Position numbers and translations under genes: made by a program. Of a stretch of 64,000 nucleotides of DNA, positions 35,951 through 49,141 are shown one piece after another. The stretch covers positions 21,671,319 to 21,735,318 of the forward strand of contig OZ037768.1 in assembly GCA_964035545.1 (NCBI GenBank), read 5' to 3'. Within the stretch, counting starts at the first letter, position 1, and the number at the start of each line of letters is the position of its first letter. The notes beneath the pieces are model-generated. The model had not been told where the DNA came from and did no database searches. It worked only from the letters and a program-made list of their open reading frames with translations. Origin of the DNA: Bugula neritina. Its lineage: Eukaryota > Animalia > Bryozoa.

Positions 35951-38680
35951 TCTTAATGTTGGCTAACTCCGAAATCGCATGGCATATTTACAGTGGACAC
36001 AAAACAGGCCCTGTAAAGGTCATTATTGCACCTACAAAAGGAAACATATTCGTTTCAGCTGCGGTGCGCTTTATTATTTGACTCATTTGCAATGAATTAG
36101 CAGAGCTAGGTTATACTTACAGTCAAAAACTTAAGAACATAAAATTAAAACTATTTGCTCAGTGATTTAGTATATGCATGGTCAGATTGAGATTCAGTAT
36201 GACTATGATCATCACCATGACTATGAGCATATATTTTATCCAATAGGCAATAGCCCGATACTGATAGGCAATATCAATATGGAAGCCATAAACTTAAAGC
36301 TTTAAAGTTTAAGTTAATTGCTTTAACTTTCAAGTTTAAGTTTAAATTAAAAGAAATTTGCCAACAGAGAGATGGCATAGTCATACTTATAGTATTACTA
36401 ATACTATTATACTTAGTATTACTCTTACTACTACTATTACTATTACTATTAGTAAATGTAAACACTAAACAGTAATCACTAATCAATAGCGGTAATCAGT
36501 AACGACTAATCAGTAATCAGTATCACTAGATCAGTAATCTGATCACTAATCACTTATACTAATAGTAATCAGTAATGAGGATCATGATTATGACTATTAC
36601 TACTAATGGTAATACTTATACTAATACTAGTATTAGTAATAGTAATGCTAATACTAATAGTAATAGTAATGTAAATGAGCTCATAGTCATAGTGATAGCC
36701 ATAAATTTAAAATATCTATCAGCTCAAATTGAAATTGTGAAGTGTAACACTAACAGTAACACTAACTCAGTAATGAGTAACTGTAAACAGTAAACTGTAA
36801 TTCAGTGTAATGTCTAATCATAATGTCGATGATAATGACTAAAAGTAAAGGTAAAAATAAATAAACATATTTGAATTCTTTATTTTTGTTTAACTTTATA
36901 ATACTAATAACTATAACTATAAGTATAAATAATAACTAAAAAAAGTAATCATTACAACTAATGATGAGCTCATTGCTCATGTTGATGTTCATGCTGACTG
37001 TGGTCTAGACGGTATTTCCTAGACGAGTAGGTCAGATAGCGTGCCAATAATTTATATATTCGTATATACTTGCTAGTGATAAGATTTGGCCGCATTTAGC
37101 GACTTCTGGGTCGTGCCAGAAAATCTTTGAAAACTATCTACAATTGAAACGCTATTTTTGCTTGTTGCTAAACCTGCGTTTAACTTTAATTAGCGTTTAT
37201 CATATAGACCGTTTCTATTTGTTTTGATTTGTACACATGAAGGGTCTCAGTCTAATTCCGGAATTTTTATTTTTTCACATGCTTTGCACAATGACAATGA
37301 ACTGAAAAATTTTCCAGTTCATTGCTTTTACGAAATCATCGGCATTTAATTCTATATTTCACCCCAGATAGGTCAATTTTTATAGATTTATATTAATTAT
37401 TATTTATCTTCTGTTACAATGAGTTGAACACATGACTTAGTCTTGTAAGTTGTAATATTAAATTTAAATTAAAATAATAAATTTATTTTTAATATTAATT
37501 TATTATGATTACGATTAAATTCCGATTATCATTATGATTATCATAATCATAATGTCAATGATAAATATAATAGTGATATGAATATAAATAGTAAATATAA
37601 TTATGAATATTAATTGAAATGAATATTGCTATTATATTTATAATTTAATATTGATTATAATATTATTAATATTATCTATAATAATAATGATTATCTATCT
37701 TTATTATTGTAATTAATGAATTTAATATTAATAATTAAAGTAATGGTTAAACTTAAAGTTAATGATAATTAACTGTTAATTTTAATGTGCATAATCACGA
37801 TTGGTGATTATTCTCAGAATCAGTAATAATGCTATTACTTATACTTATAGTTATAGTTATTACTATTACTATTACTATTAGTATAATTACTGTTACTTCA
37901 CTTACTGTTAGTCTATTATCATAACCATTGGCATAGCCATATTGATATATTTATAACTATGTTACTGTTCGTGTTGGTAGTACAAGTACTAGCAGTAGTA
38001 GTAGTAGTAGTAGTGCCGGTACGGATACACCTATACTAATACCTACTCTTAGTCATAGTCTTACACTTACAGTATCAGTGTCACTATCAGGATGAGTGTC
38101 TGGTTTTACTTTGAGTTGTGCCCTGTGGTTGCACTCTGACTGTGCAGGAATGCACTTGCCCTTACTCTTAGTTTTAGTGAGTTAAAGTTAGTTTTACTTT
38201 TAGACATAGAGTTAGAGTTAGACTGAGACACTCACTATCAGAGTTGTTAAGACTTTGACTTACTCTTACAATCATTGTTAGTCTTACTCTTATTTTTACA
38301 CTTACTGAGTTAGAGTTAGTAACATAAGCATTATGAATATAATTAAGTTTTAGTTCAACTCAAACCAAATCCAATGGCAATAGTTAGACTTAGAATCACT
38401 GTCAGACTAGTAGTCATTCTTATTCTTAGACTAAGACTGAAACAGTTGTACTTGGTCTTACTAACTCTAAGTTTGAGTGACTCACAGTTACTGTTGGACT
38501 TAGTCTTACACTCACACTGTCACTACGAGTTACACTTACATAAAACAAAAATTTCTTTGATATTTAACATCATATGTTTATTAATATTTTCCTTCTCTGG
38601 AATAATATTTCATGTCTTCAGCTGCAAGTAAACTGGTAATGCGTTGGATTCCAGTCTGTATTTTATAGTTGTTACGTGCA

Positions 38681-41325
38681 ATGGCCACATCTTCATTACC
38701 ACTTGGGTGCGTGAAGATGCTGATGACTAAAACTGGTTCACTTAGCAGTCTTGCCTGTATGTTGACTGCAAGACGACTTACATCAACATCCAGCACCCTA
38801 TGCCTCAGGGATGACTCTGCCAATATTCTTCCTACTACTGAAGATGGTCCTGATAACTCAGTGAGTGTTGGCTGCATTCGTTTCTGTTTATGACTCACCA
38901 AATCAATTCCTCAGTCCAAAAGGCTTGAAATAAAATTGATGTATTCAATAGTTGATTTTCAATTAGATTTTATTAATTATCTACTCTTGTGTGGCTATTT
39001 TCACGTTTGTCTATTCTTTTTTGTTTGTTTAATTTTTTGTTTACACAACTGTCCAAGTAAAAATTAGGTACTATTTAAAGAGAAATCAATGAACCATTCT
39101 ATGCTTCAGACCAAGATAATTGGCATTGTATAAAACTACTTTCAATTGTAGATATTTTTTTCTTTTTTGAAAAAATTCATTCTTTGTATTTCCTATACTT
39201 GCATGTAAATTCGGTGTTGGAAATTGTCTTCTTCTTTTAGCAATTGGCATCCCTGGCTTACATTATGCTTACAAAAGGTCATGTTGTAGAGTACAAGAGT
39301 TCAGAGGGATCCAAGATCCACCAGTATACTCTTATTTCCCGGTCAAGGCTCTCAGTTTGTCGGTATGGGGAAGAAACTACTCGCTGTAAAAGCAGCACAT
39401 GAACTTTTCACTATAGCCTCAGATATTGTCAAGTTTGATTTACTCAAACACTGCTTGGAGGGTCCGATAGAAGCCCTCAGTAGAACTGAAATGTGCCAGG
39501 TGGCTACTTTGGTGACATCAGTGGCTGCTTTGGAAGTTCTAAAACAAAGCAATCCACAGGCATGTCTCACTTCTACTACTACTACTAGTATTACTACCAC
39601 TACTGCTACTACTACTACTAGTGCTACTACTACTACTACGGCTACTACCACCACTATTATTTTACGGCATGAGGGAATATTCATGTAATTGGTTGGCTCG
39701 GCATTTGTCAAATTCACAATCGGTAACTGTATATGCTGACTTTTAGTATATGACTCATCTTTACAGGCTGTGGAATCATGTGTGGCTGCTGCCGGGTTTA
39801 GTGTGGGGGAGTACGCTGCTCTGGTCATGGGCATGTCTCTATCATTTGAAGATGGTAGGAATCTTAGTCATAATGTATCATCATCATAGGAGTCTGTTGG
39901 TGCTACAATGACTGTTTTCAATTTGGTTGAGTCAGACGTATAGTTGGAATATAGTTACCTATGACTATCACTGTATAGGGTGCTATTTACTAGTAGCTAG
40001 TAAAGAATCATCATCTAGTGTCAGTTGTGACTGAAAATTCAAGATTTTAGAGAATCGTAGAATTCATAGTTTTGGTCTGTCTATTTCGTGCTGTACCAAG
40101 CTCTGTATTTTTATTGCCTGTCATAGCTGTGAGGTTGGTTCACGCACGGGCTGCCTTTATGCAAGAAGCCTCTGACGCCGTCCCCTCCGGATTAATGACG
40201 GTATTCCTGTCCCACCAGTCTAAGCTAAAGAGTGCTATGGTGGCGGCCAGACAGTATTGCAAGGAAAGAGTTGGTGTAGACGAGCCGGTGTGTTCTGTGG
40301 CCAATTATCTCTTCTGTGATGCCAAGGTTATTGGAGGACACATGGAGGTACTCAAGCTATAATCTCCCTCTAACAGACAACTTTTTAAGAGAAACTAAAT
40401 TATTTTACTGAGTTATTAAATGTTCTGTGATCAATAAAACTATATTTCTACTACACTGTCCAGTTTACTAGTATTTATTCATCAGCTTGTATTTTATTCA
40501 ATTGGATCTGCTCTACCACTGAATTTGTGAAACCAAACATTTTTACTACAATCTTGAAGGTCTTAATTTATGAATGTTTATAGTTGGTAGCAAGTAACTT
40601 GTCTGCTTCTTGTACATTCTGCTAAGACCCTGAGATATTTCATGACTTCTGTGTCTGATTTTGTATTCCAACCTTAAAAACCTATCAACAATTTGAAATA
40701 GGAATATGTGTCTTTCAGTTTCATTAATAAAAGTTTAAATATGTTGAGTGTCTTGTGGTTATATTGTTTCATCCATTTTGCTGTAGTTCTGAATTGTATT
40801 ACAGGCACTGGAATTTATCAAAGCAAATCTTTCTGAGTTTGGATTGAGACGAGCCAAAAGACTGCCCGTCAGCGGTGCGTTTCACACCAAACTGATGATT
40901 CCAGCCGCCGAAAAGTTCAGCTCAGTGCTGAAAAAAACTCACATCAAGCATCCAGTTCTACCTGTCTATTCCAATTTCTTCGGGTAATTATTTCTTTCAG
41001 TCCCTTTGGCACGACATCCTATTGGTTATATTTTATGCCGCTTTCCTGTAGTATTCTGGAACTATTCATCATGGACTGCTGTTCAAACTTTGTTTGCTTT
41101 GGTTGTAGCTCGCCATACAGTACTGTTCAGGGCATCAGAAAGGGACTAGAAAAACAGCTTTACGAGCCAGTAAAATGGGAGCAGCTCATGCACACCATCT
41201 ACCAACGACCTAAATCTCATGCATACCCAGACACTTATGAAATAGGCCCTGGCGTTCAACTGGGCACAATCTTAAAGATGGTGAATAACGTTGCTCATAA
41301 ACACTACCATTCAGTTTGTGTGTAG
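38681..41325 (+). CDS. MCAT: Malonyl-CoA:ACP transacylase, mitochondrial; exons 38681-38860, 39290-39559, 39767-39854, 40127-40347, 40805-40983, 41109-41325
   Basis: LFPGQGSQFVGMG, AAAGFSVGEYAALV (active-site Ser), RAAFMQEAS, LPVSGAFHTKLM, QLYEPVKWEQ, EIGPG. N-terminus resembles a transit peptide. Phases are consistent. Confidence 0.95.
39570..39660. repeat. Imperfect (ACT)n microsatellite in an MCAT intron
   Basis: Directly visible. Confidence 0.9.
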
Positions 41326-43029
41326 ATTATAGTTGAGAGGAAGTTGCCCACTCATGACATGTGCCATCAAGTGCTCTTGGCTGGAAGAGTATTCAAATGT
41401 GTGCTAGTAGAGCTGTTGGGTTCACCGACTGGCGGGTGTTACCAGAAAGTTCTTGTATCTGGCTGAATGTACACCTTTAATGGCTGCGGTAGTTTCATGA
41501 TGAGGAATTACATGTTTATAAAAACTTTTTCGACAGCAGTTTTAACAAGCCTCTATGTCTTTAGGAAGCATGCCTTTGCTAGAGCAGCACCTGATCTATA
41601 CCTTTGATACATTCTAGGTGAGCTTTATACTTCTCCATGAGATTTAATGTTGAATAGCTCAATGCCATTTTCTAGATACAGTTTTACACTTGATGAGGCC
41701 TCCATGTGTATCCTATTTCTTTGTTGTTGAAGTAAAGTCATTTTAATAATGGAAAATATTGAAACTTTTAATCCTGTTGTTCATCAACAAAGCTGGACAA
41801 ATATTTTGTTATATTATAATTGTTAGGGCATACTGCTGATACTTCAAATAGAATCATAATTTATGAATCTCTTAGGATGTATTTTATGTATTCAAATATT
41901 TTTGAGTCTTCAATATAATAAAGCTGCCATTTTGGTAATTATTCAACATATTAAGTTTGCAAAATAACATCAGCAAAGGGCTAGCAGATCTGGGCTTTCC
42001 ATGTCATTTATTTCTAAGTACTCCAACTGTATTCAACATAAACAATTCATTAAAAAGAACTAAAACCTAAATTAAAATTCAAATAGAGTAAGTAGCTAAC
42101 CACTCTAAAACATAGACAGTAAAAATACTTTAGTCATTAAAATTCCTTCCAATAATAATGCACATTATGTACAAGACAGAAATGGTGACCTGACCTAATA
42201 AATTAAAGCGCAAGCCTGGCTTATTTTACATGTTTTTGTACAGATTTATACAGTTTGAACCAAAATAAAAAAAAAATTTAGACTACAAAAAATTAAAACC
42301 CTGGGAAATTATAAAAATATATACTTTTGAAAGCAAACTATGCTGAGAGATTGTAATAAATTCTAGCTACTACTTGTCAATCATCTGGCTAAGGTTAAAT
42401 ATAGGGGACAGTATCTGACCATCTTGTAGGGAGAAATTAGTGTATAGATTAGCAGATGATTTAGTGACTCCCTCACTCTCTGTGGTGGAAGGTAAATATA
42501 TATTAAATAAGTCATTCCCAGCCTGCAGGTTAGCATTGGGGAGATCACTCCCACTGATCTAGAAAAGGAAAACATTGGGTTGAACTAGAGTAAGCTTGAG
42601 CTAGTGACAGTTCATACTATTATGGCTAGAATGTCGGGTCAACTGTTGTAACCGTGTCTTTTTTTAAAGACATCCTTCTTTAAATCTAACCAATTCAGAT
42701 TGTAGCCGACACTGCATTTTTTATGAAAACTTTGACAATAAGTAAGACAATTTCTCAAATTCGAAAACAAAACAGTTAGGTTATAGATGAAAATGTTTCA
42801 TCATTCTATATCCTCTCGTAAACATAACACTCTATATAATCAGTTTTTGCAGTCACATATAATGAGATAGTATAAACAAAGAGACAGCTGCAGATTTATT
42901 CAAAACATGCTAATATGGGTAAAGATATGAACAACCCTTTCAAAGTAGGGGGGGGGGAAGAACTACGCAAAACTCTTCATGCAACACATCTGTTGTTTAA
43001 CACAAGTGTAGTTCAGCTTTTAGCAGTTG

Positions 43030-45928
43030 CTATTTGCTGTAATGCCAACACAGGAAAAGTTTTCGCATCATCAAAAGAGAAGTTGAATTTACCTGCCAAG
43101 GAAGAACAGACTTTGGTGATGGTGGAACCAAGCCATAAGTGTTGGACAACTTTAGGTCTGAATACGACGAGTGTCTAATGAGTGGTGGTGGCGGAGGTGG
43201 GTTTGGTAGTTGTAGCAGTGAAGGTACGTCAGGAGAGCTGACACGGGACAATGACTTATTGATGTATGAGAACAGAGCATTGTCTGACAGCATGTCTGCT
43301 CTATCCGACGCAGGTGTCGGTGGTTTGCTGGTGGACGGTGGAGTGGACAATGATTTCAGATTCTGCCTCATATAAATATACATAACTGTTTATTGGCTGC
43401 AAGTTCATTTATTATTTTATTTATTGGGAAAGCAAAGTCTGCCATTTAGCTTTAAATTCACCGACTTTTTTACATAAAGACATGTGTAACAGAAAGATAA
43501 CAGTGCCAGTTGAATACATTGTGTAACATAAAGACGCTTTTTAGGCATGTTTGCTTTCCTGTATTATAAAATTTACTGCTAAGGCATACAAACTTGTACT
43601 GGCTAGAGTGGGCAAGTCTAATTTTATATAAAAATAATTTCTCTTTAGCTTCCACTGAATGAATAATTCAGTAGAAATTAACAATAACTAATTCAGAGAA
43701 CATCTTGTAGCAGGACAGCTATTATAACTTCATAGTGTACTAATACTCCTGAAACTTACAGAGAACCGTGACGCAAGAAGTGTCCTGTCAGCTGATGCAG
43801 CCAAAAGAGGGTCAAACTCTTTAGAGGTCTTGCTAGTAGTTGAAGATTCCAGCACGCTGGCTAGAGTAGGCAGGGTGGAGCTGAAGTTACTGTACGTGAC
43901 ACTACTTGGATGTTTCTCTATGTGATTTGCCACGATACTGAAATAAGAGTAGTGATGTCGCATTAAAGCAAGTGCAAAATACAGTATTCAATGCATGTTT
44001 TACTAAATCAAAACTAGGAATAGAAACAAAATCCAATGTTGGTGTGGTTGAAAATAATCTAAGTCAACATAATTTTTAATTGATAAGAAAAGTACACATA
44101 TCAAAACACTATATATAAAACTATTGAATTTTCTAGCTTTTCATGTAGAAAAATAAAAGGAATAAATTATTGAAATGATTTTGCCTGTAGCGACAAAGAG
44201 AAGTTTTAGTCAGAGTCAACAGTAGACCAAATAATTCTCAGGCATGTAGATGGTCTTCCACCTAGATACGGGCACGTACACATAGGTTTAATATGCTATA
44301 CTAATAAAGCATAAATATATAGATATACATGATGCATATACAGGTATATGCATCATGTATATTATACATACAGCATATATTTTTCAACTAACTTTTGAAT
44401 GGTTGAAACTGGAGTTGTTTCCTGGTTGGTAATGGTAAAAGTAAAAGGGTTGGCCAGAGCATCCATAAGTGGAGAGGAGAGAGTACTGGTGTCCTGCTCT
44501 TTGCTCAGAGACAGCAGATTCAACACCTCCGCCGAGCTCTGTTTGTGTAGAGTTTTAGGTGAGGAAAATAGACTGTCAAATGTGAAGATATTATTTCTGG
44601 TGGGAGTTTTGAGTTTAGGGTGTGTAGATGTTGGCTGATTATGCAAAAATGAGTGGCTGAAGCGATAATTGGGTATAGCAACTGTAGACATTTGAGTATT
44701 TGAATTTTTGTGACGTGTTAGAGGTGGTAGGGCAACTTGACTTGTCACTGGAGGACGAACTAGACGTCTTGATTCTGTGGCTATATTAGTTTTAGTATTG
44801 ATTGCTCTGATAACAGAATAAGGTTGGTACCGGGACTGAACCATCTGTCTGTTGGCTTTCATAGATTTATTTAGAAAGCTAATTGGAGATGTTTGAACTA
44901 GTTTATTTACAGTAGGTGCTTTCTTAGCGTTGGGAATGTTTTTCAGCACATCAGGAGACACAATGTCCTTTGCATCTGGCAACGTGGCCATCAGTTCATC
45001 AGCTATATCTGGTCTGTCTGATAACACTAGTTTAATGTATTTACACACCTACAGAAAAACATTATTGGAAAATAGGCTGTACAAAAAACAACATGCAACT
45101 TTGAGATACAAGCTTTATTTTATATCTTCAAAAAACTTAGCTACATAGTTTTCTGTTAGGGTAAAATTTGCCACAAAAACTAAAAGCATTTTATAAAATA
45201 TTCAATGGGTTTTCAGTTGAAAGCTTAAAAGTTGAGCAAACTCATGCTAATTAATTTATGTACACTGAATTATGTCATTTTTTGTAGTTTATATTAAAGA
45301 CATAATTATTTCAATATAAAGAGCAGGTTTAACAGTTGTAAGTAAAAGAAACTTTAATTACTTTAATGATTCAATTACCTGCTTCTTTGTAAGCCCAGAC
45401 CTAGTAGAGAATGGATTGTAATCTCTCAGTAGCTCAACAATTATAGAAGGTATAACACTTTGCTTTTCATACCAGGCCAACAACATCTCTAAAATCTCTA
45501 CTCTTATTGGGTACTCCAAGAATTTCTTATTTGTGTCTAACAATTCATTGGCACAAGCTAGCTTTAACAAAGAGATCTCAGCAAGGAACAATGAGAAGTA
45601 CAGATTTCTTTTAAAAAGAGTGTTGTTAACAAATGTTTTTAGTCTTAATTATGTGCCGTAGCAATAAAAGGCAGTTTTTATTTAAAAGCTAGAAACTTTT
45701 TAGGTTACTTGAAGAATATCAGTTCAACAGTTTTCAAAAACTAACAATTCAAAGCAAGTTGATAAATCTTTAATTATTTCAAAAAAATTCTATTCAAGTT
45801 TGTCTACTAAAATTTTATAAAAATTAAATAGATCAAACTAAAAATTTAATAATGAAATACCTTCTGCAGAAAGTCCACATGGTCGTCTGGTTCGAATATA
45901 AGTTGAGACCGGCATGGTTCAGCAGCAT
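43030..45928 (-). CDS. Uncharacterised protein (~490 aa), possible death-domain-like N-terminus plus S/T/P-rich disordered tail; exons 45928-45861, 45607-45379, 45048-44393, 43937-43760, 43362-43030
   Basis: Five open exons joined by phase-consistent GT-AG sites. The start codon and last exon boundaries are uncertain. Confidence 0.6.
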
Positions 45929-48900
45929 TAAAATGTGGCCCCAATAAATCTAACACATAATTTTTTTATAATAATAAATATTTTAAGCATACATGCAGGC
46001 AGTTAATAGTTAAAACAACAATTTAAGTTATATGCAACCTTGATTATAAAGCAATGTACTAGGAATGAGCTTATAAAACAAGAAGAAAGCTAAAGTATGG
46101 CGAGGACAAAAGCCTAACCTTATAAGGTACATATAGCAGCAGCTAATAATTTGAAGCTCTATTTTTTATAACTTTTTCTAGTTGCTTAACTAGGATGAAA
46201 GGCTTTCTTGAATATAGCTTCTAGGTAAAATTATTTACTTAAAATGTTTTCACTTTAGCCTGCAATGTTATATACCATATAGTGTGTGTAAGCTGTTTAT
46301 AACACAGCTTTTTGAAACATTTTATGTCAACTTTGCTTAGCTACTTAAAAGTAACTTACGCGTATTGAGCAATGTTTGATTTTTTTTCAACTGCAGAAAA
46401 AAATAATTTTTACGCTTTTCTTTGAAGGACAATGTAGATAACTTATTTAATTTAGACTTTATTTGTGTAAATTTTGTACTTTTGCTTAAAAAGGCAGCAA
46501 GCATATTTAGGAAAGTTCTATTTTTATCAAACTTTCACTTTTTGATTCATTAGACTTTTAACACTGTTGACATTATGTGAGAAAAAGAGATTACAAAGAT
46601 ATAATATGTTGAGCAAAACTTCTTGGAGAATAAACATCTTGTGTTGTAGTAAAACATTTGTTTCAGAGAGGCTTATTTAAAAAACTGGGACTGTACTTAT
46701 TTGATTAATTTTTTACCTCTCTACATTAGTCAAACTGATGGGAGTGAATAACAAAATTAAAAAAAGTTCTATTTTTTTTCAAATATACTAGGTAGCTAGC
46801 TGTTGCTCCTAAAATCTCAATAAATAATAATATGTTTAAAGCAAAATTAAAATAAAATTTTATATCAATTCTTTTAAGGAATTGACTACAGTTACAATTA
46901 AAATTAAATCATGATTATTTCCCAAGATAATTTTTTCTTCATTCTGACTTGTGACATAAACTGTTACTAGTCTGTGTTCACTTGTAGTTGTTAATTACAG
47001 TAAACGTATAATTAATCTTGTAATACAATCATGATTATTACATGTCATTTGCTTAAATTTTTCCTAAAATTTACTAGTGTGGTGTAAGTAATTTACTTCT
47101 AGTTGTTGGCTTAATATTAGTAATAGTCTCAAATTGAAATTGGAGACGGAGTCAAATTAAGGCAACTAAAAAAGGTAACTTTCATTTTACATTGCAGGCA
47201 GTTTAGTGTCATTCATAATTATATTATTATTGATTATTTTAAAATTTTCAATTTTAGAACTATAGGTTTATGCTCCACTCATGCTCAAACTCAGTGTCAC
47301 CCACAGTCAGACTCAATCACAATGACACTGACAGTGTCACTCACACAGAGTCACAGACTTGAATTTAAATTTGTATCAATATTTTTAAAAAGCATACGTG
47401 TCACAAGCACTGAATGATACACCACAATTTTTAGTATTTGAATTTAGTATTTTATATTAGGTAAAATTTGAAGTTATAAACTGCAAAAATGAACAGATGT
47501 GATTTACTTACTTTTCACAGGCAAGCTTTATTTATTTTAAATTTGATATCAGCTTCAGGCGTAAAAGATCGGCAGCTGCAACACGTGATAGAGAACTACT
47601 GCACGGCGTAGAGAATATCGTGTAGGTGCATAAATCGATGGTATAGGACTGTAATCAAAATATTAAACTGTAAAAGTTGTAATTGTAGAGTTGTCTTTCT
47701 CTTTCTACAACTATGGCTATGATACCAAAATGACTAGTTGTAGGTATCGTACAGGGTGATTTGTATACCTAAAGTTACATATTGTCTATTCGTCATGACA
47801 TAATATAGATTATGGCAATGTACACTGAAAGCAGTCGTGTGAAATTTGTTTTAAGATTTTCAAACTAGTAATTTACAATATAGTAAAAAAGTGTATGTTA
47901 CTAATACTCATTTGTAATAAACATAAGCATCATCAACTTCTTATGAGCCTATAACAATTCAGTTTTTATCAACTTGCTCTAAATAGCTGTAACATAATAG
48001 GCGCAGTTTCGCAGTATTTTCTCTAAAACTATGGCAGTAGTTTTCATGTGTCTCTTGCTGTCTATAGCATTTTTGGCCTTTTATCCTAATTACAGTTGCA
48101 CAGGAAAATTTGATATTGAAAATAATTGAATGAAAGCTGTAATATTTGTCGATCTTTCTATGAGAAGGATGCATTGGCAGCGTTAAATTACCCAACATAA
48201 CTTTTAGTGTATTATGTATAGAGCGTATGTGTTTAATTTGCAACTTGTTTGCAGGTTTTAGTGCTGCAGCCTTGTTACTTATAAGGTGACCTGTGTATCA
48301 CAGCAAGAGTATCGCCTTGTTATTAATATGCACAAGTTATGGTAGTTAGTTGAATCACAATATCTTGATATCAAATTTGTTTAGTTTGTTTTTAACCAAT
48401 CGAGAATTTCATCACACTGTACGACAGTTGAAGGTCTGACCGTCTGAGAATTTAACAATTCAACGGGTTTATTAAACCAAAGGCTAGCATAAATGCAGTA
48501 AACGGAATACAGACGTGAATAACAATATAAAACCTAGTGACTCAATACCAGTTAATACTATGGTTAAAAATAACATGTCCAGCGATAATTTCTCAGTTAA
48601 AACATAAAACAAAGATGTTGTGACCACTCATTTAAAGACTAACTATTTTAGGGCTGGCCATAAGTACAAAGGGTTAGAATTTAGTCACTAGAAAGAGATT
48701 TTTTATATGTACATAAAGGTGGTGGGGCTGGTGTACTCAAATGTAAGACTGACTAACGTATAAATAAGTCTACTAGAAACATAAGTAAAAAAATTAAAGG
48801 ATTAAGCAAATTAGGATAAGCTATCTACAGGGTGTAGCCTTTAAAATACATATACTATAAAAAGTAGAGCTTGAATAGATTGTCAGAAGGAAATTGAGTG

Positions 48901-49141
48901 TAATTGCATCTCTTTTAATATATGTATCCCACTCAAGGATACACTTCATGAAAACTAAATAATAATGATATGAGAAAAGACTAAGATTCAACTCCACTGC
49001 CTAGATTTTTCCTATTTATTCATGTAGTCCACTCCTAAACAGTATAGTCACGAGGCACTAAACTGCTACATCATAACAGGAACTGAGATTATAACTCTCC
49101 GGATTGCGTAGTCTGTTTAGAGACTCTCTCTAAGTTCAAGG

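Noticed and set aside
39352-39834. 160-aa antisense ORF with poly-Val, and a poly-Thr extension of the MCAT exon
   Set aside because: Both are products of the intronic (ACT)n tract and the antisense frame of MCAT.
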